Of a stretch of 64,000 nt of DNA, positions 20,201 to 35,200 are shown piece by piece. Within the stretch, counting starts at the first letter, position 1, and every line of letters begins with the position of its first letter. This DNA comes from Orbicella franksi (Eukaryota). Location: the NCBI GenBank assembly GCA_964199315.1, contig OZ116701.1, positions 28,210,001 to 28,274,000 on the forward strand. The letters run 5' to 3'. The notes beneath the pieces were generated by a model that saw only the letters and a program-made list of their open reading frames with translations, did not search any database and was not told the origin of the DNA. Made by a program: the position numbers and the translations under genes.

Positions 20201-23200
20201 CTGGAATAGCAGCCCTAGATGATCCATGCCCTGATGTGACAAAAATAAGTATCAAGCTCACCAGCTTGGCAATGACAGTGCTTCACATTGATCCAGTGTT
20301 GTCGCCATCATCAGAGATACAAGACTTCCACTCCAGTGACAGTCATCCGTTGTCTCTCATGGCAGACAAGTTCTTTTCTAGCCTTGGTACATACGGATTT
20401 GGAGGAAAAGACTTTGAAGGGATGGCAGAGAAGTTTGCTTTGGCATGTTGTGCAGATCATCTCAGGTAGGTGTCTTTGTGCAGTCCCTTAATTAGCCACC
20501 AGTAACACGATCGAGACTGCTACTAGCAGTAGCTGACAAGGACTTGCTGTATTGCACATGGCACTGAATATGACCTAGGATATGGGAGGAACCTGGGGAT
20601 GGTGCAGTGGTTTAAATATGCACATGGTTTGGTGTTATTGGTTTGAATCTTGGTCTGAGTCAGGCCCTTAAAAGTTTGGTCCTTACTGTACATTGTGTTG
20701 GCAAGGCACTAGGTTTGTTCAAGTTCCTTGAGAAGGCGTGGGGTGGGGGGTGTTACAATACCTATAACTGTCATGTATCTTTATCTATAGGCATGTGCTG
20801 TTTTGGTCTGAAAAGAGGAGTAAATTTTGAGCACTTTGCGCTGAAATAGGGTATATTTTTTACTTTGGCTTCACAGGCACTGGGTATCTTGTTTACATTT
20901 ATCAACTAATTTTTTTCTGCATCATTACTGGAAAATTTGTAGCTTCTCTCCAATTTTTATGTAAATGGAAATCATTCCTTGTTAGCTTTGATCATGCATG
21001 TGTGGTAATTCTAATGGTCTGAAATGGAGTATCAATTTTTTGGTTTGGGTCTGAGAAAGGGTATGGACAATCACAGATTTTGGTCTCTAGTAAGATAGGG
21101 GTTTCAAAGTTTGGGCCATACACCCCCCATGAAAAACTTTGGGGGGGTGCCCCCCACCCCCAAGGATTCAAGTATATATTACGTGTATTTTCACAATTTA
21201 TCTTTAAAGTTTGTGACATTTGATTCTGCAGATGTATGGCTGCCCCTATCTCATTTGAATTTGAGAGAACAGTCAGCAGTTCACACCAGACTGGAAACAT
21301 TGAATTGTCAATAGGGAAACTGGAGCTGAATGAATATTTATTTGAACGATTATCAACTTCTTCACCCACTCCAACTCCATACTCCGTAACTCAGGTACAG
21401 TACTTGTCAACTTCATGTATCCTTTCACATTTTTCCACTATTAGTGGTATGTTGGACATAACTAAACAATTTTGTATTTACACTCTGACAGTAGGCTGAA
21501 ATAACAATGGGTCGTTATAATGATAATGCAGGAACGTGTACATATGCAGCTTTTAGTTTAAATGCACAACCCCATCAGCTCTGCTGATTATTCCATCGGG
21601 TTTAAATACATAGTAGAAACATAGTACAGTAGATGGTCAAAATAACAGGAGAAAGGCAGTTTGACCTGAAAAATGAATATTTCTCAAGATTTACTGGGCA
21701 ACACATTAGAAATACATTATAAGTTTGGGACACTCTTTTGTAAAGTTTTCAGGTAGATTGTTTGAATTTGCATACGTTTTAATATTTTATTTTTCGCAGT
21801 GTTCATTTTGAATCAGATGTACAAAAGACATGAAAACATGATAAGAAAGGAGAGGATTTTCTGTAGGACAGGATGGAGAGGCCATTGAACTTATAAAACA
21901 TAAAAAAATGAAGGCTTAGTTAAGCCTTAGAGAACTCCAACCTCAGATGTTTCCGTAGATTAAAGCCGCACCCCCAAATTTTTAGTCGAATTTTGAGGGA
22001 AAAAAAGGTGCAGCTGATGGTGTACATGAACTTATACAGTAATTGATTTCATCTTTCTCTCTTTCTTTTTTTCAGTTACTGAAATTATTTTCACGTGATA
22101 GTCAAGCAGCACCTTATTTTGGATTTAATCCAACCTCTTCCCTTCCTTGCCTCAGACTCAAGCACAGGAATACTCAAAGAACAACTTCTCCTGTAATCAT
22201 CTTCCTCTTTTGCTCTTTTTTATTGGCTTTATGCAACTGAAGTAAATGCATTTCACTCCCGTATTTTTAAACCTTGTTGCAAGACCTATTTTATGTTAGC
22301 CTCATGGTTAAAATGTGCCCCTTGGATTGGTTCTTGTTAGAGCACTGACCGAGGACATTGTGTTGTGTTCTTGGGCAAGACACTACCTTTACAGTACCAC
22401 TCTCCGCCCAGGTGTGTAAATGGGTACCGGCAAATTTATTGCTGCCCAGGGCGAACCCTGTGATGGACTAGCATTCCATCCATGGGGGAGTAGAAATACT
22501 TCTAGTCGCTTCAATTGCTACAGAAACCGGGATAAGCACTGGCGTTATGGGCCACTTAGCTCGCATACAGACTTTGCCACCCTTTTACCCTATTATACAC
22601 ATGTAGACAGAAATCCAAATAAATGAGTTAACTTCTACCACTCGCCTTAACCCTTCAGAAAGTATTGGAAGGCATACCTGTAGTAATAGTAATTTTATTA
22701 TTTTGTTTTTAGATTAGAATTCTAACGTTTTTCCCCTTTTCCAGGGGGTTGTTCAAGGTCGCAATGTAGTGTTACCCAAGTCAGAGTTGTCCGTGGAGCT
22801 TGGTGGCTTGCTTTGTGAAATAGATGTGTCAATAGTGGACAGGTTGACTGCACTGTTGGATCCACAGCCTGTGTTTATGAACCATCCGTCAAATATGCAG
22901 TCCCGCATGTTTAAATCGTGCACTCCATCATTAGTCGTATGTTGTTAGAACTCTTATGTTTTTGGTACTTTTTGAATAAAGTAATCGTGTTGTTTACTAT
23001 GTGTGACAAAACCGAGTAGTTGAGACTCTTTTAGAACATTTGTAGATCGTTTACTAAGTTTGTACGGGTCATTGAAAACGTTGAAAGTCATAGAAATCAA
23101 GAATTTCGTTTTCTAGGCCTGGAAAGGTCTGGAAAGTCTTGAAATTTATTTGTTGGTCAAGGAAAGTCATGGAAAATAACAGTTAAGTCTGGTACGTCCA

Positions 23201-26200
23201 TCGCTGCAGGTGTCAAAACAAGTACAAAATAAAACAAAGGCGAGTTAACGGGCAATGAATAGCCTCTCACACAGACGTTCTTGGGGCAATTTGTACTGCA
23301 ATCATTTTAGCGAGAGGCTCCAGAATAGAAATTTACTGCGAAGTATCTCAGCACTTTTGTAACTCATTGTAGGTCTTTTAAATAGAGCACTGCATTTAAC
23401 CTTTCCTTAGATTGGTAAACTTGTTACTGTATGTCCCGGATTTATAACGGATTCAGCTGATTTCTAAGGTTTCGTCCACACTACGCCGGAGATATTCAAA
23501 AATTACATTTTCACTCTGAGAACGCATTAAGTGTTTTCTGTCCACACGTACATGTAACACCGGAGAAATGTTTTCCGTCTAGTCTAAAACGCAAAGCCGG
23601 CGTTTTCAAATTCTTCCGGTTTGAAAAGCGTTTTCAAAAAGCTCTGTTTTTGTGACGGATTAATGCGGAAGGTAAGTCTAACTGTAGAAATAAAGCTGCG
23701 TTTTCATTTTTTTTTTTCTGGCGTACTGTGGTCAGAACCAAAGTGTAGAGGAACTGGTGGAGCATTTGTGGCTTAGTTTTCGAGTGATAGTATTAGACCA
23801 TCCTTGTAGACCCAGCTTTGTTTAAAATAATCCGATGGGAAATACAATTTTTTCATTATCAAGATTTTGAAATCATTACAAATTGACGGAACCATGATCA
23901 AAAGCTACCGTCTTACAGTACATACAGTTTTTGCATAGAACGAAGTTAGTTTCCTTATTTTAACTCGTGAATTGTAATAGTCACGATTTGTGTTGGTGGT
24001 CAGGTCATTGTTATCACCAACATGGTACCATGAGGATGCTTCAAGTTGCTTAATTCGCAACCTTTCTGGTAGAAAATTGCAGGCCTCACTGAAGTTTCTT
24101 CCTCTGACTGCTCTGCAAACTTCTAACAATGTGTTGTCTTTTGACAGAATCAACAGGCTGTGTTTACACAAGCCATGGAAGACACTCCCACAGTAGAACA
24201 GCCTTTTAACATTCACCTGTCTTGCCCTTCTCTTACTCTGGTCTTAAGGTGAGCAATCAAGTCCTTTATAGATAAACTGTTGCGGTTGACAATCCGCTCA
24301 GTTTGACAGACCGTACTAAGACTGATTTCGCTTTGTACATGGTTCGAAAATTGCATCTTATTAATTTAGAAGACTTGGATATTTTGACGCCTTACCTGAA
24401 CTAGGGGGACAAATCGCAGCTTTAGGTTGTTTCAGGTACGCGTAGGTTCCGTAAATTTCCTTCTCATTCAGGGGATTTTTAAATTTTTTTCACGTACAAC
24501 GTGAAAATATTTAAAATTTAAATATTTTCACGTGTATGCAAATGAGGGAGAGAAACAGTTGACTCAACCTGTATGGTTTGTCTAGGTCGTTTAGACAACC
24601 TGTAGCTATCAAATTACTAAGTACTGGGTAATTCCAACTCTTTCAATCGTGTAATTCTTTTTTATTGCAAATTTTTGGTCCTTCTGAAAAGGTTAGGCTA
24701 GCCAGAAAACAGTTTGATTCAAATACATAACGAGGAAGTGGTATGACAATGTTTTGCTAGTAGAGTTAGAGAGACGACTCTATCGAAAGTTGTTCTTGAA
24801 GTACCGTCTTCTAATGAGGTCCATCTTTCAAAAGTGAAAATTTGCTCAAGCCTGGAACTCCCCAAAATATTCTTCTCTGAATTTTCTTGTAATTTTTAGA
24901 ATGATTGCATTTTGCGAAAATACCTCTTTGACTTCGAATTTTTTGTGAAATAAGTAGAGACCTCTGGAGTTACATCATGATGCCAACACAGTTTTATCAG
25001 AAAAAGGTATGTTCTTAAGAGGTGGAATTGACTTACGTTTTCACCGGCATTATAGATTTCCCATTCCTGACTTACGGCCCGCTGTGGATCGGCGTCCCTG
25101 GTGGAAACAGTCGTTGAGAAAGGAGTGCGTAATATTTGACTTTTCAGCTGTAGAATTCAACACATCCCTTACTGGATCAGACCTTCCGTGCCGTTACGAT
25201 TTAGGCTTCAAAGAATTGCATGGTATGGAAAACTTAGAGTTTACAATGTAGTTAAGATACTGGTCTTGTCTTTTATTTATGATAATGAACAAGCAAGTGC
25301 TTTATTTCTTGTATCTTGGATACTGCACATTTCAAGCAGGCTTAGTTCCTTGAAATTGCTGAGAAGTTTTGGAAATCGCAGTCATTTCACGGTATGCCTT
25401 TATTACGTTAAAATTAGCAAACTAGTGAATGGACGAAAACTTTTTTTTCCAAGTAGTTGAATATTTAAAATATAAACTTCCACTGTGCCCCAGCTCAGGT
25501 AGTGCTGCGTCAAGAGAAATGACCAGTTTTATGAGCCTTGGGCCAGTTATGGTTGCTCCCTGAAGTTTTAAAAATGCAATTTAATTCAAGACTGAATGCT
25601 ATTATTTTAACATTTTAACAGAGATGATTGTAAAACATTTCATCATTGTTTATAACGTTTGATAGGTTCGAGAGAACTGGTTGTGTAATACGACTGTAAA
25701 GCTAGCTTTCAAAATATAACACTATCGTGCGCAACACGATAAATAATTTCCCTTTGGAGCCATCTCGAGTCTGTCCGTATCAACAGGGCATTAAAGGGTT
25801 GTAAGGCCTGGGTCGAACGCCGTACTTCTCAGGAGCCTAACCTAATGACAGTTTCGGTCGACTCAAATAATTGAAAGAACGCCTGTTTGAGTCAAACGTC
25901 GAACTTAATTCAGTCGACCCGAACTGCTACACCAAACAAATAACAAAAGCGGTCTTGTTGGTCAATGGTTTTTCAAGGTGAAGAAGTGTAGCCTTTAGAC
26001 CTTTGATTATGCGTTTTGGTTCGACCCATGTGAAGATCGGTGTTTGACCCAAAATCGTTCTTCAGGCGTTATTTACGGCTGGCCAGGCGCGAAGAACGCC
26101 TCAGCCGCTCCAAATAAAATCAGTCGAACTTAACTGGGTCAAGCGCCAAACTTCACATGAGCCACATTGGGTTCGGCTCATGTGAAGTACGGCGTTTGAC

Positions 26201-29200
26201 CCGAGCCTTAGTAACACTTTGTTACCTTTTGCTAACACTAAAACAAACCGTCAAAAGTGATGTGTTAGCGGTAAGGAGAGGTTTCACTCTGAATGGTTTT
26301 TACAGGTTATTTCCAAGAAGATACCAGCGGTGATAAAATGCCTGTTATTCATGTCACACATAGTCAAACTGAGAACGATACAGGAAATGGTGGCTTTGAC
26401 TGGCCAAGGTAATGGTGTTAGAACTTGTCATGTAATACAAATGTATATGGATGCTTTGAGTGTTTCACGTCTTTAAATCTCAGTCACGGTATTTTGAGTA
26501 ATTTCTGCAAAGTGCAAAGTTACCTTTAAATTGAAGGAAACCTGAAAATAATGGTTTGGTGAGATAGAAAAACGCCAAAGAGATGATGATAAACCATAAA
26601 GGACCAGGATGATTAAAGATGGTGAAGATTAACATGGATTACAAACAGCGAACTTGAAATATTTAGGCTAAACGCACAAACCGTGACGAACTCCTTTAAA
26701 GGTTGTTTCTTACTGGCATTCTGAATTCACCCATTTGAGACAAGAGCCAGTTATCGTGTCACTTTAAAAGGCTTGTCTGATTATTTTCTAGCACGGGACA
26801 CTGAGTTGCTGAGCTTATGCTTAAACTGATATAAAGACCTGATAATGACCTGAAATTGAATATAAAGACCTGATGATGGTCTATATTCAGCAGTTGAAGG
26901 TGACTTTTGCTTTATGCAGTGGTGGCATCAAACATCAGCATCAGCATCTCTGCAGCATAGCGCTTTTCATTCTTCGCTAATATTGTGAAATGAATGAATT
27001 TGATGAAAATGGGCCTGAAAAATAAAACCAGTAGCTACAGTATTCATTTAAATCCTCCACTCTCTTCAAACCGCCTGCGAATCCTTTAAGACCTGATAAA
27101 TGATTTTGATATGAGGGGTAGGAGATAAATCTTACGGTTCAACGTCCATCTAGCAGATCTGAGAGAACTGTTTTTTTTTTTTAGAATTTGTAACTACCGG
27201 CACTTCTCCTGAAGCGATAACATCGCAGCGAAAATATCACACCGCTCGCTGTTGCAAAGTTAACTGAAAACTATAACTGTTCTCTCGAAAGGTTTGTTTC
27301 AATCCCCTCCTCATTTATCCGGTATAGGTCATAACAAGTGCTATTTGTTTAAAGGATTGTGATTACAGTGCAGCCATCCGCTCCTCTCTCGGCTTTAGAA
27401 GAAGTTCCCTCGTCAGATAACTCGCCCCTCAGTTCCCTGGATGCCTACCCTGTGATGAAGGCCGAACCGTCACCTTTCTCCTCTAGACCTGTCATGTTTG
27501 AGACAGAAGAGGTTAGTCAGTCTTGTTTTCAATGTACATGGGCAGAGCACATCGGCGAAGCTAGGCAATGATGGTATTTATTTAAACTTAATTTACAATG
27601 TGGGTTGCTGAGCTATGTTAATACAGTTAGATCAAAAACAACAACAACAGCAACAAGTGAAGTATCGAGCTGAATGGATAAGCTTTTTGATTGCAGCTTT
27701 TAATGCCTGGAAGTCAGGAGGAAATGACCAAATTTCAAGAAGACACAGTGGCATCCTCTAAAGTACATGTCGAATGCACCTTTCCAAGACTAGATGTCAA
27801 CCTGCACACGAAGGATGTCTTTGAAAATATTTATAACAGGTGGGTAGACTATCAAGAAGAGATGAAAGTTTTACAAAGTACATGGAATTACAGCTCCTGG
27901 CGAAAAGGAAAAAAAAAAAAAGAAATTTGTCTTTCGTGGATTTCAAAACACATTTACATGTATGGCTGGACCAGATCGTTGTTATGCGCCCTGATAGAGC
28001 TATTAGGCCGGCTCGGAGATGGTCGTAATAGTACCTGAACCGAGTAGAGAACAATTCGGGGTGTAATCTGGCTAGTAATTTTAACGTAGCGCGAGGCCGA
28101 TTTGAAATTATGTCCACGATTACTCTCCAACTGTACAGTACAAGGCCCAATTACTAATTAATCGCAGCACGAACTAATTTCGAGATTAGTAAGTCTTTTC
28201 ATAATAAAAAAGAAACTTGGACGCATGCTTTAATTTTATCATATTTTATTTATAGCGTATCTTTTACGTTTAAGTAGCATTGTTTTGTATAGCTTTTACG
28301 TCTTTATAATATTTTCCACAGGACCGTTCTGAAAACCACTTTATGTGAGATCGTCCCCTGTATAAATATTATTATTTTATTATTAATTATTATTATTATT
28401 ATTGTTATTATTATTATTGTTATTATTATTATATTATTATTTTTAAGCGATGGTCAGTAGTATTTCTGATTAGTTTTAGAAAGAGTAGCGACGACAACGT
28501 AATCGCGCGCCATTTGTCTGACAGACTGGCGCTCGGAGGACTGTATCAGATTGGAGAATTTTATCATGGATACGCCGGTTCAAGAGATGAAATTGTACTG
28601 TACAAACGGAAGCGGAGGACGTAGTGTAAACACCAATTTGATTACCTGTTGTTCACCCCCCTCCCTTCCATGCCATTGCTTTTCATGACTTGGCATAGGA
28701 TCAGGAACTCAGTACTCTGTTAAGGTAATGCAGTTATACATTGTAATGCTTACACAGTGTTTTCGCGTTTCGTTTTTTTCAGGCTGGCCAGTGACCTGTT
28801 GCTATGGCAACCTATGGCTCCCTCCCCAGCAGATCGGCCCGACACAGCTGGGTTTAATATTGGCACAGGGCTGGACCTAGCCAGTCAGATGATGCAGGCA
28901 CAAGGACCGGATCGCTTTGTCATGTGTAGATCAGGGCTACGCAGCTACGATGATGGTAAATAACTATTTTTGTTGAGAACACCCCGCAAGATCTAGAAAG
29001 CATGCAGTAAAAGCTAAATATGACTGAAAGAAACATACAACGATACAAGCACGAGCTGTTGACGTAATGATGGTGCGAGCAAGGAGAATTTACATTTTGA
29101 TAATCAAAATAAACGAGCCATTCCCTTTGTGAGGAAACACTTGGCTGCCAGGCTACTCACTATCAACAACAGAAAAGATAGCCAATGGGAGAGCGACATT

Positions 29201-32200
29201 TGAAACTCGATAGAAACACGGAAAATGTTTTCTGTTTTTCTTATATCAACTACACTTCAACATCCCGTAGTGAACACTTCTAGTTTATCGTTTGTAATCT
29301 GTCTCAATCTTTCCCAGTGTTAACCATCGTTGTACCTTTTTGGTTTTGTTTTATATACCTCGGTAGTTTCTACCTCAGTGAACTGTTATTTTGAGGTATA
29401 TACTTATTTGACAGCAATTTTGTACTTCACAAAATCCATAATATCAACAGTCTACGTAAACGTTGGAATTTAACCAAGCTTTCTCTCGTGTTTTCCATTA
29501 CGTTTTGATAACACGCGTTCCTCTTTGTCCTTTTCGCCAATATGTAACGTACTGTCAAGTGTTGTAATTCATTCCTCTTTTCTTTGTTTGTAGATGCATC
29601 CTCGTCTGATGAAGGCAGCAGTAATTTAACATCATTGGACAATAAGTACAAACGAACAACGTCCAACCCTAACGGCCAGACATCCTTTACACTTACGCTC
29701 AATGTTGGCAAGGCCAGACTAGCGGTTTTTCCTGTGAGTGAGGTGAGACAGGTCTAGGAAGCTGTTCTTTGATGAACCACCAGTGATCCATAGAGAATTG
29801 GTCTCAATCGCAAGCGAACCCTTTTACCGTTTACTAGTTTTAAGCTCTCCCTTGTTATTCGGCAATTCACCATAAACCCAGTGCAAAAGCGCAAATATTT
29901 TACAAACCTTTCTACCTTACCGCGAATTTCTACTGAAATTCTCCACGACCTGTGTCCGTCTGGCCTCGCAGCTCAGTCGGTAGAGCATCGATCGGCGATC
30001 TAATCCGAAGGTCGCGGGTTCGAATCACATCGAGGTCAAATAATTTTTCTCTTCTTTGTTTGGTCACCCATCTCCTTGGAAGGCCTATCTTCATACTCGA
30101 AAGGAAATCTAACCCTCCAGACTAATCTAGAGCTAATCCTACACTTCTCAGTTGTTAGTGTCAGTGCTAATTTCAGCCCAACATTGCATTCGCAATTGCT
30201 GTACCCGGAATTCATACAAAACCTTGATGGATGTATTAGGTTCTTATGTGGTAGTTTTTCACATGAACAATGGCAACTCCTAGTGACGCTTCTGAAACAC
30301 TATTTGGCGTTTTCAGGGTGTGAATAGAACTAGTTTTAAATTGATAACTCAAAATTATCAAAGCACCTTCGTATTTCATTTGTATTTCACAAATACTTTA
30401 AGATTATAACTTGAATTTTGTAGATTTTTCGAAGGGTTTTATGGTGACTGTTTTCTTTTCTTTCAGAGTTCCTCTCCAAGTGGAAGTTCCAGGGATTGTA
30501 GCTCGTGTTCTGAAGAAGTATTAGGAGAAATAGCAGCTGAGTTCAATGACATTACATTCTTTATAGCAGCTTGTTACAAAAGTCAAGTGGATCTGAGCTA
30601 CCTGTGCCTTCAATCTCAAAAAGTCGCTTTCCAGCATGCGCCAGTGATGCCACAGGGTGCCCACGTGTCCATGGAGTCCGCCTTCAGTGGAGCCGAGCTC
30701 CAGTCCACCCTCTACCACACTGAACCGGGTGTAAGACAAGTTGACGGGAAGACCGGTGAACCGATGTTTGCCTTTGCTATTAAAGTTTCAGGGGATACGT
30801 CGAAAAATAGTAAGGTACGAAGTGCAAATTGAACAGAGAATTACTACTTAGTACTTTGTACTTAGCACTAACGTGAAGTTGTACTGCAATTTACATAAGT
30901 CGAGCGTTTCTCGGCCATTTTCTCTCGTGCTCTTCGCTCATGTAGTGAGCGCTTTTCCCTAGTCAGAATCAGGATAAAGAAAATGTCTTATCGCCTTTGT
31001 AGCTACATGACTTTGAGGAATGTTTGTTGCACCCTGATGGATGTGCTTATATGAGTCAATACGCGCGGTCAAATTACATAATGGTAGGCCATTCTCGGTA
31101 TTCGACTGGAACTAGCTTGCAATGGAGGCTAAAGCGGGGGAATATCATAGAGTAATGTCATTTGCATTTGAGAAGGTTCCCGGATTAGTCTCAGTTGCAA
31201 GCTAGTAGTTCTGGACAGTCCAATACCGAGAATACGAAAACAGTTTGTTGAGGTGATGTGGTGCTACCTGATCTTTCTTTTAGGAAATTCTGTTTTCGCT
31301 GGGACTTCGCAGAAGCACTCTTCGCCACAGGATGCTTGCTTCTAGACAGATGTGGCTTACTCAGGTATCAATATAATGCTTCTTTAATCAAGTGTTGTGT
31401 TTGCTGTGTGATTTTTCAGTGAAACTTGGAGGCCGTTTTTAACACCGTTTTAGACAAGTCTTTGTAGAATGACTAAATTTCTAGGCCTCTCTTAGCGGTT
31501 CTTGTTTGTCCGTTCACAAGGATGGAACTAAAATTTGCCTCGCCAGTATGGTACCTTGAAAGGTCTTGTTGTTCAACTGTGGTTGGCTCAATCGACTGAG
31601 GGAAACATTCAGAGAAGCGCATTTTTCCAAGGCAGTTGGTGCTCACTGGATCACTAAAAGTATACGTTTTGTCAAACCTCGCTTAGTTAAATGCGTGTGA
31701 CTATTTATTTATTTTAAAATCGGTCATCACTAACAGCATTTATTTTTGCAGGTGAGAGATTTCTTTGACGTCAAGGATGACCCGGTTCTTGGTTTCAGTC
31801 CTCCAGCGGTCGTGACAGTATTCCACACACATGTGTGGGAAGGAACCATTGACTATAGGTTTGTTATTGGAATTTTTCCACACTCGATACTCTTCTAGCG
31901 TGTTTGTTTTTTCGTTACTCGAGGTGCTTTCCATTCGACAAAAAATTCCGAAACTTTCAAGGGCATATGGAACGAAAATGTTCTAGGAGAGTTTCCGAAA
32001 AATCTGAGAATTGCTGACTTTCAGAAATGGAACCATTCAATTCGGGGAGTAAAGTCACATGGAACTGGAATTCACGTTTATAAATTTTCGAAAATTCGTG
32101 TGTATCTTGCGAGGTTGCCCTCGTTTCCGTAAATTCCGGAATCGAAAGTGCGACACCACATGGATCTATGGAGCTACGTGATCAGTGTTTTTTTTATTTC

Positions 32201-35200
32201 GAGGGGGGTAGGGGATGAAGGAGGGGGCGAGTCTGTAGACGTTTCTCGTTCGGTGAAGGAATTAAGGGCGTGGGGGCAAGTCTGTTTCCTTTTAACTTAT
32301 CCTGAAGTGGTCACAAGTAGAATTTAATTTTTATATTACATTAATTATTTTATGATTCTGGTATTTGGTTTTGTGCATCTGTATTCTGTAGCTCATGAGC
32401 CAGTGCAGTCAATGTTAGTAACGTGTTACTCTCTGCCCACAGGCCAATCCACCTTCCTTTACGTGTTCTTGTTACCATGGGAACGTTCAGTGTGTCAAGT
32501 AACATCACGATTGAGTCTAATGTCTCTTTGCTGAGGTAGGTTCAATAAACACTGACTGTGCACTGTATTAGCGCCAAAACGTGTTACCTATAACACAGGG
32601 GCTTGAGCAGTGATGGTTTGATTTTGAAGAAAAGTACTCAGCAAATATCAGCAAACACTGAGGAAGTGAGAATGACTAACGATGAAGAGAATAGCGTCTT
32701 GCAGGCGTTCAGTTAATTGGGGTGCAGCTCGGCCGAAAAACGGTGAGAGTAAAGAAAGAGGGGCTTAATGCGAGGAGTGAAGGAACGTGTTCTTTGACTT
32801 TCTGGTATCGCATTCTTTCCCCTATTCTTTCTCGCCGTTTTTGCTCTGTGCCCCAACTTGCCTGCAAGAGGCTATGATGAGAATGAAAGTAGATTGCATT
32901 ATGGAGAACTTGAGCCGGAATGGAAGGCAATATTTAGTTTTCTAGAGTGGCTCGGATTTCTTAGTGGGACTTCGCTTCAAGAATGCCAATTACTAGCACT
33001 TTCCTTTTACAATTAAAGCCACAACATCTTGTGCGGCTGGTCTTTTCCTATAATTATGACAATAACACTCGGATCGTGTCACCCGGCCACTCTGAATGGC
33101 TGCCCGAATCATGTTGCCAAACACCTAGTTTCTTTCTTTCTTTCTTTCTTTTTTCTTTTTTCTTTTTTGTTTGTTTTTTTATTTGCAAGCCGATGCATGC
33201 TGTACAGCTGGTTTAGTTTTAGGTGAATTGCTTCAAACATTTTTAGTTATTTCACTGACGAAGTTTCATCTAAACTGATTTGTTTGGTTGGTTCTTTGCC
33301 AGATTTATCATCGATGATGCGGCGTTGTATCTCTCGGACAAATGCAGTGGTTCTGCAAATATCAGAAGTAAGTTGTATTAGCTGGTTCAACTCAATTATT
33401 TTCATTCGTGATAACTGATTTAAGTGTTGATGTCTTTCCAGATTATGTATGTGTTTTAGATCTTGGGATGTTTGAGCTGTCCCTTTTCACGTGTGATGGC
33501 AGTGAACAGGTAAGAACACCAAAACAGAAATCCGTTGACGTTTCTCGTGTAAATGAGTCCTTTGAAGAAATAGTACACAGTGAAAATCTTCTTGTGTTCA
33601 TGAGGGACGAGTGACGATGGCCCAACTTCTATGTATTAAAACTAGAAGTAATCAAAGATTATTATGAGAGTGCGTCCGACGCCGTCACTTAATTAAATAT
33701 ATAAAATGATTTCACTGGCTGACTTTTAACCTCTGTCTATTGCTAAAATCAACGTTTTTCATCGACAACCGAGGTTTTATACAGACAGATTTATCATAGT
33801 GTTAAAGTCCTCCATTTGTTGACACGTTGCGTGACAGCGCAAGTTTCCGTAGACTCACAAGTTTAATAGAACGAAAATATTTACATTTATAGCCTTCAAA
33901 TTTCGTGCTAAATATTCTAAAATTAACTGGTAATGTTTGAACGTAAAAGCTAATTTGTAAAAGTAAATTTTACATACATTATTCTAAACTGGAAGCACAA
34001 ATGTAAGCAAACATTTGCAATCGTGTGCTCGTTTATCGTCAGCGTAAACAAACTTCGTGCGACTAATCCGCGTATCATGTTCCCCTGATGAGTAAGGTAG
34101 ACAGTATTTAAATAATTTGCCGTTCCTTGGTTCAGGCTCACTCTTATGGATCTTGCCTTCAGAGTACTTTTCCACCGATTCCAAGCAATATTCAACCGGA
34201 TAAGGACTGAGCTATCTACGTGTCTGTCGCGACTGGAAATAATCAACTAATGCAATCAAAGTATAGCTTTTCCCACAGTTAACATCCGGAAAGCCAAGGC
34301 GCTTCAAAGTCTTGTTCGTTTTAAAACAAATAAATTAAACAAGGGCAATTCCATCAGATTTCGATAAATGCCACCGTCGAGGCGTTTAAATTCACCTAAA
34401 TCCAACGCTGAGAGCACAATTGAATACTTACAGCTTCCAAATTACAGTGTAAATGTCCACAAAAACCCGCACTTGAACGAAACAAAGACCCGCACTCGAA
34501 AGAAATGTACAGCACATGGTTTGGCGATGATGTCATTTGTTTCGCCCCTGCTGCGGGGCGGCTAAATCGGTGTCGCAACTTCGGACGAAGGTCCACCGTC
34601 CCATGAAACTTGACTCAAGTCTGCATTAAGACTGCGTTCTACGAACGCAAAAAAAGATTCTAACCTGTCATTGAGGCGTTCAGCCAAATTTCGATGTTTT
34701 TGATCTTTTTTTTTTTTTTGTATCAAGTTTTTTTTAAAGGGAATATCAAGGCAGAGGAATCTTAGAAAAAAACTCTACTTTTGGTCGGAGTCTTGTAAGA
34801 ATTTGGATAGATCGAACCTAAGCTATTGACATTTCCAGGACTAAACGAGATGTTATTATCAGAGAAAAGTAGGTTTTGGAAGACTTTTGAAGAATGCAAG
34901 GACCGAACTAGGTCTAAACGCCAATTTCAATGACGAACCTGCAGGTTACAAGACCAATTCTAAGTAACAAAGAAATTCTAGAGTTACAAAATGGACCAAC
35001 TGTTACACTTTTTGCCTCCGTCAATCATAATTCAAAGGACTACTGGCTGTAGACCGGATTGCAAGATCTCAGTTATGTTGGTACGTCTAGTTTGTACTTT
35101 AACATAGGAATTCAAATTAATCTCGTCGACCTATGCATATCAGCAATCTTTTTGGGTTCCTTGAACTTCTTTAGTTGGTTCAGAGTTGGCATGTTTTTGT

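Noticed and set aside
29962-30038. Functional tRNA gene (including an amber CUA reading of the loop)
   Set aside because: The anticodon arm has extra bases, U33 is missing and the T-stem is disrupted. It fits a SINE head derived from tRNA-Arg(UCU).
34085-34092. CTGATGAG hammerhead core
   Set aside because: No stem II or GAAA follows.
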